DNA of 46,047 nucleotides from Enoplolaimus lenunculus (Eukaryota): NCBI GenBank assembly GCA_030248215.1, contig JASANG010001409.1, positions 372,001 to 418,047 of the forward strand, read 5' to 3'. Shown piece by piece: positions 1 to 11,931 of this stretch (position 1 is its first letter; each line of letters starts with the position of its first letter). The notes under the pieces were generated by a model. It saw only the letters and a program-made list of their open reading frames with translations, ran no database searches and was not told where the DNA came from. The position numbers and the translations under genes were made by a program.

Positions 1-900
1 AGGAACACACTTTTGTAACGCTTAGGTTTAGGCTTAGGCTTAGGAACATACTTTTGTAACGCTTAGGTTTAGGCTTAGGCTTAGGAACACACTTTTGTAA
101 CGCTTAGGTTTAGGCTTAGGCTTAGGAACACACTTTTGTAACGATTAGGCTTAGGCTTAGGAAAACATCTTTTGTAACGCTTAGGTTTAGGCTTAGGCTT
201 AGGAAAACACTTTTGTTACGCTTAGGTTTAGGCTTAGGCTTAGGAACACACTTTTGTAACGCTTAGGTTTAGGCTTAGGCTTAGGAACACACTTTTGTAA
301 CGCTTAGGCTTAGGCTTAGGAACACACTTTTGTAACGCTTAGGTTTAGGCTTAGGCTTAGGAACACACTTTTGTAACGCTTAGGTTTAGGCTTAGGCTTA
401 GGAACACACTTTTGTAACGCTTAACCAGACCTTAGGCTTAGGAACACACTTTTGTAACGCTTAGGCTTAGGCTTAGGCTTAGGAACACACTTTTGTAACG
501 ATTTAACCATGACTTTAGGCTTAGGAACTACACTTTTGTAACGTTAGGCTTACGCTAAGACTAGGAAACATTCTAATTTAGTTGGTCCGTACAACCATTT
601 AGGCTTAGGCTTAGGAACACACTTTTGTAACGCTTAGGCTTAGGCTTAGGCTTAGGAACACACTTTTGTAACGCATAGGCTTAGGCTTAGGCTTAGGAAC
701 ACACTTTTGTAACGCTTAGGCTTAGGCTTAGGCTTAGGAACACACTTTTGTAACGCTTAGGCTTAGGCTTAGGAACACACTTTTGTAACGCTTAGGTTTA
801 GGCGTAGGCTTAGAAATATGCACATTCTTACGCTTAGGCTTAGGCTTAGGCTAAGGAATATGCTTGTATTACTGTTCCGCCACTGTTTTTTACATTGGCC
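1..900 (+). repeat. 41-bp TTAGGC-containing satellite inside a Merlin-like MITE, left end outside the window
   Basis: Unit aggaacacacttttgtaacgcttaggtttaggcttaggctt, with 35-bp variants, about 20 copies to ~800. It runs into the MITE right end ...ttactgttccgccactgttttttacattggcc (to 900). Confidence 0.92.
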
Positions 901-935
901 AACAATTCTAAGTTATATGTGCAGTGCAAGGTCTC

Positions 936-1085
936 TACAAGACGTGTGAGCCCCCTCACACTCGAGCGTCAAGCTCCTATAGCTGAGTGGTCATCGTAAA
1001 CGCCTCCCACACGAGAGACTGGGGATCGAATACTGTCTTGAAATTTCGTCTTATATGAAATTGAAAATATTCATGTGAGAAAGGG
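936..1085 (+). mobile_element. 5'-truncated piggyBac-type MITE with internal tRNA-like segment
   Basis: Matches the 3' half of 36632-36895 and ends ...catgtgagaaaggg followed by TTAA (1086-1089). Confidence 0.75.
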
Positions 1086-1338
1086 TTAATGAAAAAATTC
1101 TTACTTTGTATCTTTAATTAAGCTTTATGTATCCAGGATACAGAAGCCAGAAAAGCTTCAGTGTCCAAGATACTACTCACTTAAAAGTCACCTGGTGTAC
1201 GCATGTTATTGTGGAAGTTGCATGTATAAATGTAGACAATCGCCTTAACCCCAGTGGGTTTCTGTGAAAAACGTTAGGAATACTGAAAGTTTACCGACCT
1301 ACATTCATAATCTAGCTTGGGCAAGGTATAATGAGTTC

Positions 1339-1534
1339 GGCCCAAGTGACTTTAAGGGGCGTCCAGGTTTCTGGTGGGTCTATAAAAGAGTACGTTTAGA
1401 TTGTAGATTACGTTTTTTGCTTAGGCTTAGGCTTAAGTTAAGGCTTAGGAACACATTTTTGCAACGGTTAGGTTTAGGCTTAGGCTTAAGAATACGCTTA
1501 CTCTACTGTTACGTCCCTAAAAGTAACATTGGTC
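1339..1534 (+). mobile_element. TTAGGC-MITE, subfamily B (Merlin-like)
   Basis: TIRs ggcccaagtgactttaaggggcgt / acgtccctaaaagtaacattggtc. 8-bp TSD atgagttc/atgagttt. Confidence 0.9.
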
Positions 1535-1900
1535 ATGAGTTTTTTGTTGACTTATGAGTATTGTATCCAAAGTTATTGATTAATATGAACTTTTGCGTAT
1601 CAAAACGAATATTTTAGCGCATCTGGAAACCTCTGACGACAATTTAGGTTTCAAACCTGCCAATTTCAGGCTTTGATGTTCACTGGGACAATAGTGAGTT
1701 CGTTGGGAAGTTTTTCTGTTGAACCCTGACGAATATGTCAATATCAACCGCAATTATTGTAAACAATATTGCGGAACAATGCTTCCAGGAACTAAAACGG
1801 AAGGAACCAGTGTCCAAGCGTCATTAGACCCGGTAGGAATCGTAGATGAGAATGGGTCAGCTTTGAACCTTAGCACCGTTTTGTATATAATGCCTTTATT

Positions 1901-2084
1901 GGCCCATGTAAACATGATGAGCGAACCGTTGTTCCGTAGGACTGAAATAGAGTAAGCTTAAGGTTTAGACTAGTATTTAGGCATAGGCTTAGGTTTAGGC
2001 AATAGCTCATTCTTACGCTTATTTTAGGTTTAGGTTTCAAAATATGCTTAACCTACTGTTCCGCCCCTGTTCTATACATTGGCT
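1901..2084 (+). mobile_element. TTAGGC-MITE, subfamily A
   Basis: ggcccatgtaaac... to ...gttccgcccctgttctatacattggct. TSD cctttatt/gttttatt (6/8). Confidence 0.85.
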
Positions 2085-2734
2085 GTTTTATTTTTCAGTG
2101 CACGCAACGTCTATTGATTACTGTAACGTCGATTATAGCGTACTTCATCACATTTAAGGCTTAGGTTTAGGCTTAGGCTTTGTCTCATGTTTAGTTAATC
2201 GTTTTATCTAAATATCAAAGCCTAAATGCTATGGAAAGTGAACAATAGCTTTTAGACCCTGTAAGTTTTGTGCGAAAGCATAATAAGCCAAACCTTCCAG
2301 TTTAGTAAATCCTTATACAATTTTTTTGTTTCATGATTTTGAAGGTACGCAACTTTTTGAGTTGCTGGTTTGATTTAAACTGCAACAAACACAGCCAACT
2401 AAAACGTTTGGAGTTATTATTGAAGCCCCGATGTAAAAGTGATAAATTATATCATGTTTTACTAAGAGTCCATGATACATGAATGTACAACCCTTGGGGT
2501 TCAGCATGGTACAAGGCGGGTACAATTTGTGAAAGCCATTTTGTACTGTAAGTATCCGGCATCAAAAACGCTGCGCTTATAGCTTAACGGGAGTCGACCA
2601 AAAACGCAACACGCGATGGTACATTTTGTACAATGCGGAACCCCAAGAGTTGCACACTCTTGTTTCATACACAGTTGATTTTACTAATGTTATGGTTAAA
2701 ATCTTGCAATTATATTTAATATGTCCAATATTTA

Positions 2735-2758
2735 AATTATTGTTATTATTATTATTAC

Positions 2759-2789
<31 letters not shown>

Positions 2790-2845
2790 CTTACTGTTAT
2801 TATTATTATTATTGTTATTATTATTGCTATTATTATTATTATTAC
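2735..2845. repeat. (TTA)n microsatellite
   Basis: Degenerate ttattatta run. It explains the poly-Leu ORF 2626-2874. Confidence 0.95.
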
Positions 2846-3323
2846 GATTTCTAGTATTACTATGGATCTTTTAATAATACATGGTTACCTTTATAAAAAT
2901 TAATATTAATCGCATAAGACTCATACTTCCAACTCGTTTTGCACTTTAATATTTTGTGATTTTAATCAACTTTTCAGTTACATAACTTCATTTTATAGAA
3001 TTTTAAGCAACAAATTTGTGTAGGAGAAATATTAATTTAAGTTAAAAATGTTACTTCTATTCTGAAATGAAAAATTAAGTACAGTTAATCCGAGAAGACA
3101 AACCAAATAGACGGCAAAAATGAATTTACGGGTTTTTAGCATAGGAATAAAAAATATCAGGCTTTTATATTCCAGTGTGTATGTAGCATATATAATGAGA
3201 TAACCGTAAGTCTTGTTGTAACCTTAGAACACAACTTGGAAGTCAACTAAATCTGAAAAATTAGCGAAATTTAATTGTTAAATTCAAAACATTTATGAAG
3301 ATTACCCCTGCAAATTATAAACA

Positions 3324-3473
3324 GGCCCATGTAAAGGTCACGAGCGAAGCGTTTTCCTGGCAACAAAGCTTAAGCTTTATACTAATTTTTTGTTTATGCT
3401 TAGGCTTTAGGCTCAGGATTAGGCTTATGAATATGCTTGTACCGCTGTTACAACTCTGTTGTATACGTTGAGA
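3324..3473 (+). mobile_element. Degenerate TTAGGC-MITE, subfamily A
   Basis: Starts ggcccatgtaaaggtca, has the aagcttaagcttta motif, a short TTAGGC tract and a decayed right TIR. Confidence 0.75.
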
Positions 3474-3829
3474 CCAGTCCTTGTAGTGTTTTATACACGA
3501 ATACTGCTTGAAACTGATGATTAGACCTGTACAAACAAAAAGTATTTACTCGAAACAAGCGAAAATATTGGCAAATAGTAAGCATAAATGTAACATTACG
3601 TTTCTATGCTCAGTTTTGGCTGCAAAAATACTTAAAATCATTGTATAGAACTTAGTTTTTTTTTGGTAATTACAACTTCTATTTTTAGCTTTTTATTATT
3701 TCACCTACGCAACAAGTAATTAAAGGTAGATTTAACTAATAACACTAAATGTGGTCAATTGCTATATTAGTTTTAACATAAGCTTCGCCCCTACTTTAAA
3801 TATAAATTAAGCATTAATATGACTGTTAC

Positions 3830-4032
3830 GACCCATGTATAGAACAGGGCCAGAACAGTAGTATAAGCGTATTCCTAAGCCTAAGCCTAAGCCTAAGCGT
3901 ATGAATGAGCTTATTCCTAAGCCTAAGCCTAAGCCTACGCCTAAGCGTAAGCAAAAAAATTAGTCTAAAGTTTAAGCCGACTCTATTATAGCACCTCTGG
4001 TAAACGATCCGGCCCTGTTCTATACATGGGCC
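3830..4032 (-). mobile_element. TTAGGC-MITE, subfamily C
   Basis: TIRs gacccatgtatagaacagggccaga / tccggccctgttctatacatgggcc. TSD actgttac/actggtgc. Confidence 0.9.
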
Positions 4033-6945
4033 ACTGGTGCATTATACTCTTAGGCATATCGCTATTTCTCGTTTATTGGAAATAAAATATGACGAATCAG
4101 CCGGTTTTGCTCAATGAGTAAAAGTTAGTGAATGCACAACAATCTGTATGCAAATTTTCTTGTCACAGAACAGTCGCGTTTCTATTTTAAGAAAATATTG
4201 TAAACAAAGTAATGCTGCAACGTCGCTCAAAATACGTATGCGTGGCATGCCAGCTTTAATTATATAGATTTGATACTTTTGGACTAAAATACTGCTCCCC
4301 AAGATAAAATTACACCCTGTCTCCGTGAGCTGTATCCTCAAAGATATCTATATCAAAGTTACGAACTGTATCAAACTAAAGTTTAATGTTCAGCATCATA
4401 CAGTAATAGTTGCAAGAACCTCTCAAAATGGGAAAATGTTATTTACTAAAGTTAGAATGTTACAAGACATGCCAAATTGGTGTTGATGCCTTAATACTCT
4501 GCGACCTTGGCTGGGTTACCGAATTGCATGTTAGCTTAACTGCTTACATGTGTTCGAGCTTCGCTCAATACGTGTAGTCCGACTACGACTGGTTTAAGTA
4601 TTTACTTAACTTAAGTACGCTTTTGGAAACGGTAAATAGTGTACTAGCTTTTACAGAGTCCAAACATTCACCAGACCATATACAAGAATAGTTCAGTGGT
4701 TGGCCTTCCCTCGGCCTTTCGCGTCCAGATTTATGATGAGGATGTAAAGGAGTAGGTTTACATTCTGGATTACATTTTCTTGCTTAGGCTTAGGCTTAGG
4801 CGTAGTAAACACACATTTGCAACGCTTACGATTAGGCTTACTAGGATTACGCTTAAGGCCGCCGCACCGAACAATTTAAATATTTTTAAACTTTTAAGCC
4901 ACATCTCGTTTATTTAATTTTTGACAGGTTATACTCAAAATCAAATTTTACCTTTAGATAATCGAACGCTTAAGCCAGCCGGATGCTTGTTATCATTAAA
5001 CAGGAAGCGCATTTTAATACTTTAGGGAGACATTTTTGGATAACAGAGTGCGAAATGACGGGTATAAGAGTGTCTTATACGCCATAGATAATTTTTACCG
5101 CATTAATTCCGCCCGATTATACACAATCGGGTGTTTATTAATGGCTACTTGTGACAGCTAAGGCAAATTTCCAACAAGAATCAGTCGGAAATCTGGCATT
5201 ATTTCATGTTTACAAAACATATTTCTCTCTTATACGTAAATAATTTTAAATTTGACTCATTGATAAATTTTTCAAAAACGCTAAAACGCGGAGTTTTAAA
5301 AATCTACATTGTTTTTCTTGACAACTAATTTAAGAACTTTGCATAGAAGAATTCATTTATTGGAAGCTATGTTCGTTTTTATGCTGTTTGCTGTTAGCAA
5401 AATTATTTATTTTGCGTCGAAAATAAGCAAATTAAAATTCAACAAAATCGTGGTAATTTTGGCAAAATTATTGATCTGGTTGAACCAGTTTTGAATATTT
5501 TTATATACACTGTGTTATTAGGCTTAGGTTTATTTTAGCTATCACAAAACTTTACGCGTGGTTTAAGTGCGAATAAATCAATGTTACATATAGGGGCGTA
5601 ACAGTAGATTAAACGTATTCCTAAACCTAAACCTGAGCCTAAACGTTGCAAAATGGCGACCGATGGTGGCGCCGTACGGTTACCGACGTCATTAAAATAA
5701 TTTAAAAAAATGTATAACGCAATCCTAAAGTCTGGTATTTTACCATTTTTGAACAAATTCGACAGTAAAGATTACCACCAATGAACAGAAAAAATTTTAA
5801 CCTCAAGTTTACACAACTTACCTCAAGGTGACATAGCACTGCGTTGTCAATTAGCTGATGTGCACGTGAGCCTGGGTAAGTAGGGCCAGACGGGACTCAA
5901 TCCGAACTGGAAATTTTTTGGTTAACCAAAAACCCTGGTGCGACTCTCATGTAAATTTTTCAGCACCCTCAACCAAGGTGAGCTGTCTACCCGCTTGCAT
6001 GTAAACGCTAACTTTTGAGACGGATTGGAAGCCATCATTCATATTAAAACTAATCAAATTCTCGGGGTATAAATTTGACAATCATCTTTTTTGCTGAATT
6101 TCTGTAGCATATTTGTCCGTTTTTTTGCTTCGGTATCTTGAATCAGAATTTGTTAGCGAATCCGTAGTGAAAAAATTGGAGTGTAGGCTTTTAGTTTTCG
6201 AAGACAGCCAGTGCGGTTTTAACACGCAGACCCCATTGAAACTTGTCATTTTTATTTTTGACGTTTCTGTGTTCTCTTGTTCATTCTTAAAATACATGAA
6301 ATATCAGCTAATTTACTCAGTACCTTTCAGGACGGTAAATGCGCTCAAACTAATTTTAGTGCCACAGCTAAAAATAGTCTAAAGCTTAAGCTTATTCTAT
6401 TCTAGTACCAAAGAAAAACGTTCCGCCCCTCATCTTTACATGGGCCACTTAATGCGATAATTTGAGACATTTTTTAATTTTTGTAATACTGAGGACTAGG
6501 GTCTGTCAGGCAGAACCAATACCGGAGGCTGCATTTTGGCGCATGATCCATTCCGGAGCATTCCGGTGTTTCACGGCCAATAGAGCAAGCTTGAGCTTTA
6601 GACTTATTTTTGCGGTTTTAACGCGTAGTTTCAGAGCTATACGTACGTTCACGTTCTAGCTAAGGTATATGATTTGGCTAACGTTAAGTCCTGGTTTAAG
6701 TTAAGGCTTATAAAACAGCTTGTGTGGGCTTTTAGGCTAGAGTGTTACATAGACTAAGTCATAAAATCAGGTTTAGGCTTTAGCTAATTTCATGACAAGC
6801 AAATATTCTTTGTATTACTGTTTTAATCTTCGCCCTAAACTTACTCTATACTATTTTCCCCCAGGTCATTACGTTTGGGGATAACTTGCTAAGCGGAGAA
6901 TCCTAAATTAGTACCCATCATTGCAGAAAAATTACTAAACTCCTA

Positions 6946-7197
6946 CACTCTAAATTCCAATAAATTAATTAATCAACTCAGACGGAAAGTTAGTTATTTC
7001 TAAGCTAATACCAGTAAACTTTAACTTGCTCTGAGTTGAGTTGATTCCCTCAATGAGTCAAGTTGACTCCGGAGGAGTTGATGAATTAAATTAGAAGGAG
7101 GTGAATAAACTAACATTTGTGCGTTCTGATAGTCCTAACTCAGACTAAGCGATTCAACTTATTTTGAGTTAAAATCAACTCACTGGAATTTATAGTA
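6946..7197. mobile_element. CACTG-terminal MITE (CMC/EnSpm-like), family shared with 17535-17713
   Basis: cactctaaattcca...tggaatttatagta with internal gagttgatt/aatcaactc repeats, flanked by TA/TA. Confidence 0.6.
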
Positions 7198-7536
7198 TAC
7201 CAATTAAATAGGAAACGTCATAATTTGGTTTTATCTTGCATTTATAAGGTATTCGTTTTTGATTGGCTAAAGCTACAACAGATTTGCAGAGTCAGCCACA
7301 GAACCATTAACTGGATTAGTGTCTTACCGAAGACCAGACATTTTTCCGCTTTGTCATATTGTACTGTTATAATTACAGGGTACTATTAACTAAATGAAAA
7401 CCACCTTATAATTTTCGGATATAATCCCGAATCTAAATACATACTTAGGTAACAGTCTCCGGTAGATTTCTTAATTTTGACTAAAAAATAGACAATTCAA
7501 AATAATATAATAATAATAATAATAATTTAAGAAAAA

Positions 7537-8761
7537 ATGAATTTGTCTACACCGTCAAGAGTATCTTACTCTGCGTCAGCGTTGCTTGGAACATTGTTTT
7601 TATTGGGAATTTTGTTTACGACCATAAACTGTGGTAAGTATTTATGATTTTTAGTTTGGTATTTTATAGACGAACGCACAGTTTGCTAACAAGAGTAAAC
7701 ATTTTCAGGAAGGGCATACAACGATTTTATATCACTTTCAAGTGGAACGGCAAACGCTATTTTAGGAGGGCTATAATTGATCCAAAAAGCTGACATGTCC
7801 GTAATGAAATTGAAAGCAATTGCTGAACCTAGAAGCCCAACGCCAAGAAATTTGACCAATTTTACTTTTACGGGCGTAAACAGTACATTAGCGTATTCCT
7901 GACCCTAAGCCTAAGCGTTACAAAAGTGTGTTCCTAAGCCTAAGCCTAGGCATTGCAAAAATGTGTTCTTAAGTCTAAGCATATGTCTAAGCGTTGTAAA
8001 AGTGTGTTCTTAAACCTAAGCCTAAGCATTGAATAAATGTGTTCCAAAGCCTAAACCTAAGCCTAAGCCCACACCTAAGCAAAAAATGTAATCTAGAATC
8101 TAAACCTACTTTTTATACACCCACCAGAAACCTGGACGCTCCTAAAAGTAACATGGGCCTTAAATTTTATGAATAATATTGGCCAGTTAAATTTCGCTCG
8201 CTTAAACCCGAAATGGTAATTTGCATAAATTTAGGAAACGTGAAACCAAATTTGGATTTTAATAACCAAACATTTTGCGTACCCCAAGGACCAAAGTATA
8301 CAAGTTTGGTTTAGGCAAAACAAAAACTAACCTAATAAGTTAACTATTCAGAGCTCAATTCAGCCGCCACGGCTCGACGGCGGCATTCAGGACTTGACAC
8401 TGTTGATTGCGCCGCTATGCCAGCGGGCAAATCTGTTCCCGGAGGCGTCGGGCCGTGCCAATGTTGCCGAATGGAATGTTGGTACGGTGAACAAGCCAGC
8501 CATTACGACTCGACTGGTAACGCGCCAAAGTCTGACACCGAAACCCTGTTGATGTTGATGAGGATTAAGCTGTGTTCGCAACAAAAATGTTCTGACGTTT
8601 GCAACAATTTCGACAACAACAAAAACAACAACAACAACAACAACAACAAAAAGAACAACAACAAAATTGACAAAAATAAACGAAAATATGAATCGAACAG
8701 TCGACGCACTACAACACATAAGCGTGCTAAAGTGTTTGGATTATTAATCCGACGTGTGTGA
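7537..8761 (+). CDS. Spliced gene for a secreted 8-Cys protein, about 168 aa. Exons 7537-7633 and 8352-8761, with a possible optional 33-nt exon 7709-7741
   Basis: Exon 1 encodes signal-peptide-like MNLSTPSRVSYSASALLGTLFLLGILFTTINC and ends G|GTAAGT. The phase-1 acceptor ATTCAG| at 8351 joins in frame to ELNSAATARRRHSGLDTVDCAAMPAGKSVPGGVGPCQCCRMECWYGEQ...LMRIKLCSQQKCSDVC, followed by an Asn/Lys-rich tail. Confidence 0.78.
7854..8159 (-). mobile_element. TTAGGC-MITE, subfamily B, intronic, with about 4 internal 35-41-bp units
   Basis: gaccaattttacttttacgggcgt ... acgctcctaaaagtaacatgggcc. The internal unit matches the 1-800 satellite. Confidence 0.88.
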
Positions 8762-8821
8762 CTGGTAGATTCCGTTATTATCAGACCGCGTTAGGTTTTA
8801 AACACCGGTATCCTCAGCCTC

Positions 8822-9036
8822 CGCCCATGTATAGAACAGGGCCGGAACAGTAGTATAAGCCTAAGCCTAAGCCTAAGCCTAAGCCTAAGCCTAAGCCTAA
8901 GCCTAAGCCTAAGCCTAAGCCTAAGCCTAAGCCTAAGCCTAAGCTTAAGCCTAAGCAAAAAAATTAGTCTAAAGCTTAAACTGACTCTATTATAGCCCCT
9001 CCAGAAAACGATCCGGACCTGTTCTGTACATGGGCC
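8822..9036 (-). mobile_element. TTAGGC-MITE, subfamily C, with a near-pure (GCCTAA)n tract of about 16 units
   Basis: cgcccatgtatagaacagggccgga ... tccggacctgttctgtacatgggcc. Flanks ctcagcct(c)/ctcagcgt. Confidence 0.9.
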
Positions 9037-9170
9037 CTCAGCGTTATACCGCCGAAAACTAAAACGGCGGTGTACGACTTTGGCTAAACAAATTTTTGTT
9101 AGTATATTTAATATTCGGCTCTTGTAAGCTTTTCAATGGCCCACATATACAGGTTTAGCATAGCTTATTT

Positions 9171-9376
9171 GGCCAATGTTACTGTTAATTCCTAAGCCTA
9201 AGTCTAAGCCTAAGCGTTGCAAAAATGTGTTCCTAAGCATAAGCCTAAGCCTAAGCGTTGCAAAAATGCGTTCCTAAGCATAAGCCTAAGCCTAAGCAAA
9301 AATGTAATCTAGAATCTAAACCTACTCTTTTACAGACCCCCCAAAAACCTATACGCCCCTTAAAGTAACATGAGCC
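9171..9376 (-). mobile_element. TTAGGC-MITE, subfamily B
   Basis: ggccaatgttact ... acgccccttaaagtaacatgagcc. TSD gcttattt/gctttttt. Confidence 0.88.
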
Positions 9377-9791
9377 GCTTTTTTGCTGGCTAACTGGTGG
9401 TAGTTTCTTATGATCAAGAGTGTACGATTATTTTTAGACAATATTAGTTACTGCATCTAGAAATATATCACTTTTGCTTAGGATACCTATGATAACTGCA
9501 TTCGGTAGTGTGTAGAATATTGCACGTTTTGCCAACAACTGCATATTCAAGGAAATGGTGGTGTAAGCCAAAAATGCAACGCGAGCAGGGTACATTGTTA
9601 TGTGCACAAAGTGCACCAAAAGTTTTATATCCACACCAGGGGGGTGGGGCTATCTGAAAGTATTACCCTGTCTAAGTCCAAACCTGAGAATACCGGATCT
9701 CGGTTTGATTATCAAAGATGGTTTTATTGTGATGTGGTGCTTTGGTTCCGGTATAAAAAATTTAGACTTAAATTATCGTATTTAGTATCAT

Positions 9792-10129
9792 CAAGAGTGG
9801 ATGACCATTCTAACAAGAGTGTGCAACTGCCGAAATTTAGTGGTACAAAATGTAGCACGGCGTTATATTTTTGGTCGACCTCCCGGTATTTAGAGGGGGG
9901 TAGTTGATGTTTGAAACGTAGAATCCGCATGGTTTTAAAATTATAACCTGAGTTAATCTACAACTACAATATTTAAACGTGTAAAATTGAAAAAATTGTC
10001 AAACTTGACCACCCCCCTTTAAATAAGATGAGATAGGCCAAAAACGCAACGCGTGCCGGCTACATTGTTTTGTACACAGAATTTACCAAGTTGCACACTC
10101 TTGTTATAAAGAGTGATCATCCACTCTTG
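9792..10129. mobile_element. Long-TIR (about 100 bp) MITE, possibly Tc1/mariner-like. Second copy at 24863-25197, arm fragments near 2590-2665 and 9565-9620
   Basis: caagagtggatgacc...caagagtgtgcaact at the left end is the reverse complement of agttgcacactcttg...catccactcttg at the right end. The two full copies share the same core. Confidence 0.75.
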
Positions 10130-10532
10130 GTATGTATTAATCTGAAACTTTTTCTCCTTTGTACTATGAAAAGGAATGACCAATTAATCATAATCTTATA
10201 CGCATCGTCGGCAAATACTTGTTCAAATTTCAATATCTGTGGTTGAAATTTTTTTAAATTTGATTTTGAATTTGCGTTCAAATATGTATAATCATTTCTT
10301 AGAAATTTGAAATTTGATTTACACTGCCAGTTTGAAAAAATTTGAAAGTTACCTCTAATTTAGCAATCGTGTTTTGGCACTCATAAATGTAAATATATCT
10401 CAAAACACAATATGACTTACAGTCAAATTTCTCCTTCGACTCGCAACCTAACTGTGACCCAACAATTTGCCTGATTTCCCATTTCTAACTCGGTTGACAT
10501 AGATGACAACTGTTAGATGCGTTTGGAGCTCC

Positions 10533-10917
10533 AGCCAATGTATAAAACAGGGCCGCAACAGTAGAATAAGCCAATTCCTAAGCCTAAACCCGGTCAATGT
10601 ATAGAACAGGGGCGAAACAGTACAAACATATTCCTAAGCCTACGCCTAAACCTAAGCGTAAAAATGAGCTTAAACCAAACACCTAAGCCTAAACCTAAGC
10701 TAAAAAGTTAGTCTAAAGCTTAAGCTTACTTTAGCCCCGGCCGGCAGAAAAACGTTCCGCCCCTGATTTTACATGGACCACTTTAAGCCTAAGCCTTAAG
10801 ATAAGCTTATGGTACTTAACGCTAAGCCTAAGCCTAAGGAAAAAATTATCTAAAGCTAGAGCGTACACTATTGTTGTTCCGCGAAAAAACAGTCCGCCTC
10901 TGATCTTTACAGCAGTC
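10533..10917 (-). mobile_element. Nested TTAGGC-MITEs: copy 10592-10779 inside the repeat tract of an older copy
   Basis: Two left TIRs (agccaatgtataaaacagggccg at 10533, ggtcaatgtatagaacaggggcg at 10592) and two right TIRs (ending 10779 and ~10917). Confidence 0.8.
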
Positions 10918-11241
10918 TGAGTTTATCAGCTAAAATTGTAAAGTTGGTTTTTGATGATGGCGAACCGAAAATTCATTCGAAACAAATATGGTTTCGTGTA
11001 TTTGTGCTGTTGCGTATTGAAATAAAAGTGTTAAATGTGTCATTTTATAAATAATCGGTTTATAAACCAAAATAATCAGCCTACGCCTAACAACAACAGA
11101 GGCAGAAAATTTTTTAATGAATTAAGCCAAACATGGTTCTAAGTCTAACTGTAAAGTTGAACAGAACCGAATGTCATATTCTCACAATTGCTTGGTATGG
11201 TGTCAGTGTTAATATAGAGAAGTTCTGAAGAGTAAAATGTC

Positions 11242-11425
11242 GGCCAATGTTACTTTAAGAGGCGTAACAGCAGGTTAAGCGTATTCCTAAGCCTAAAGCG
11301 TAAGCCTAAGCGTTGCAAAAATGTGTTCCTAAGCCTAAGCCTAAGCCTAAGGCTAAGCCTAAGCTAGAAATGTAATCTAGAATCTAAAGCTAGAAACCTG
11401 GACGTCCCTGAAACTAACATGGGAC
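11242..11425 (-). mobile_element. TTAGGC-MITE, subfamily B
   Basis: ggccaatgttactttaagaggcgt ... aactaacatgggac. TSD aaaatgtc/aaaatatc. Confidence 0.88.
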
Positions 11426-11548
11426 AAAATATCTATACTGTTTGGTTATACAAAACATTTTCGTTTGTACCATTTCTCAACATTTACTGCTGAGGTTTAG
11501 GCCCATATTATTTATTAAACGTGTGTGTATAGCAATTACCATCAATTA

Positions 11549-11769
11549 GGTCCATATTCTCAAATGCGTATAGCACCTATCATCAATTAGCGATAAATTT
11601 TCAAACTGACGAACATCTGTAGTTGTAGATCTCAAAATTGGTGCAGAAGTAGGAAATATCAAACGCGGTTAATCTGCTAAATTTCGAACCTCACCATGCG
11701 CTGGCTCCAAAGTTACAGGACCTATCACCAACTGGTTATAGGTGCTACTCACATTTGAGAATACGGGCT
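11549..11769. mobile_element. PIF/Harbinger-like MITE. Second copy at 40692-40912, fragment near 45380-45415
   Basis: About 40-bp TIRs ggtccatattctcaaatgcgtatagcacctatca / tataggtgctactcacatttgagaatacgggct. T/A-rich 3-bp flanks. Confidence 0.75.
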
Positions 11770-11931
11770 TAGATTCTCAAACTAACTAACTATTGCAGTT
11801 GTTGAACTAAAAATTGGTACATTTATATCAAACTCAGGCTTAGGCAAACGCTTCGGAAAAGCAAGTTCTTAAATCTAATTGTAAACGTAAATGTAGGAGA
11901 AAGTGACCATGAGCCAAAGCATTTGTTTCTC

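Noticed and set aside
420..600. Locally scrambled satellite units as a distinct element
   Set aside because: This indel-rich patch within a homogeneous array looks like sequencing or consensus error, or local decay.
1..800. True chromosome end at the window start
   Set aside because: The G-rich strand points inward, the repeats are regularly interrupted by a MITE spacer, and the array ends in a TIR.
1719..1955. 78-aa ORF as an exon
   Set aside because: It has no convincing splice sites or partner exons, and its 3' end runs into a MITE.
2626..2874. Poly-Leu membrane protein ORF
   Set aside because: It is a (TTA)n microsatellite.
8387..8719. Minus-strand ORFs overlapping the Cys-rich gene
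   Set aside because: They are antisense shadows driven by the AAC repeat. The + frame has splice and signal-peptide support.
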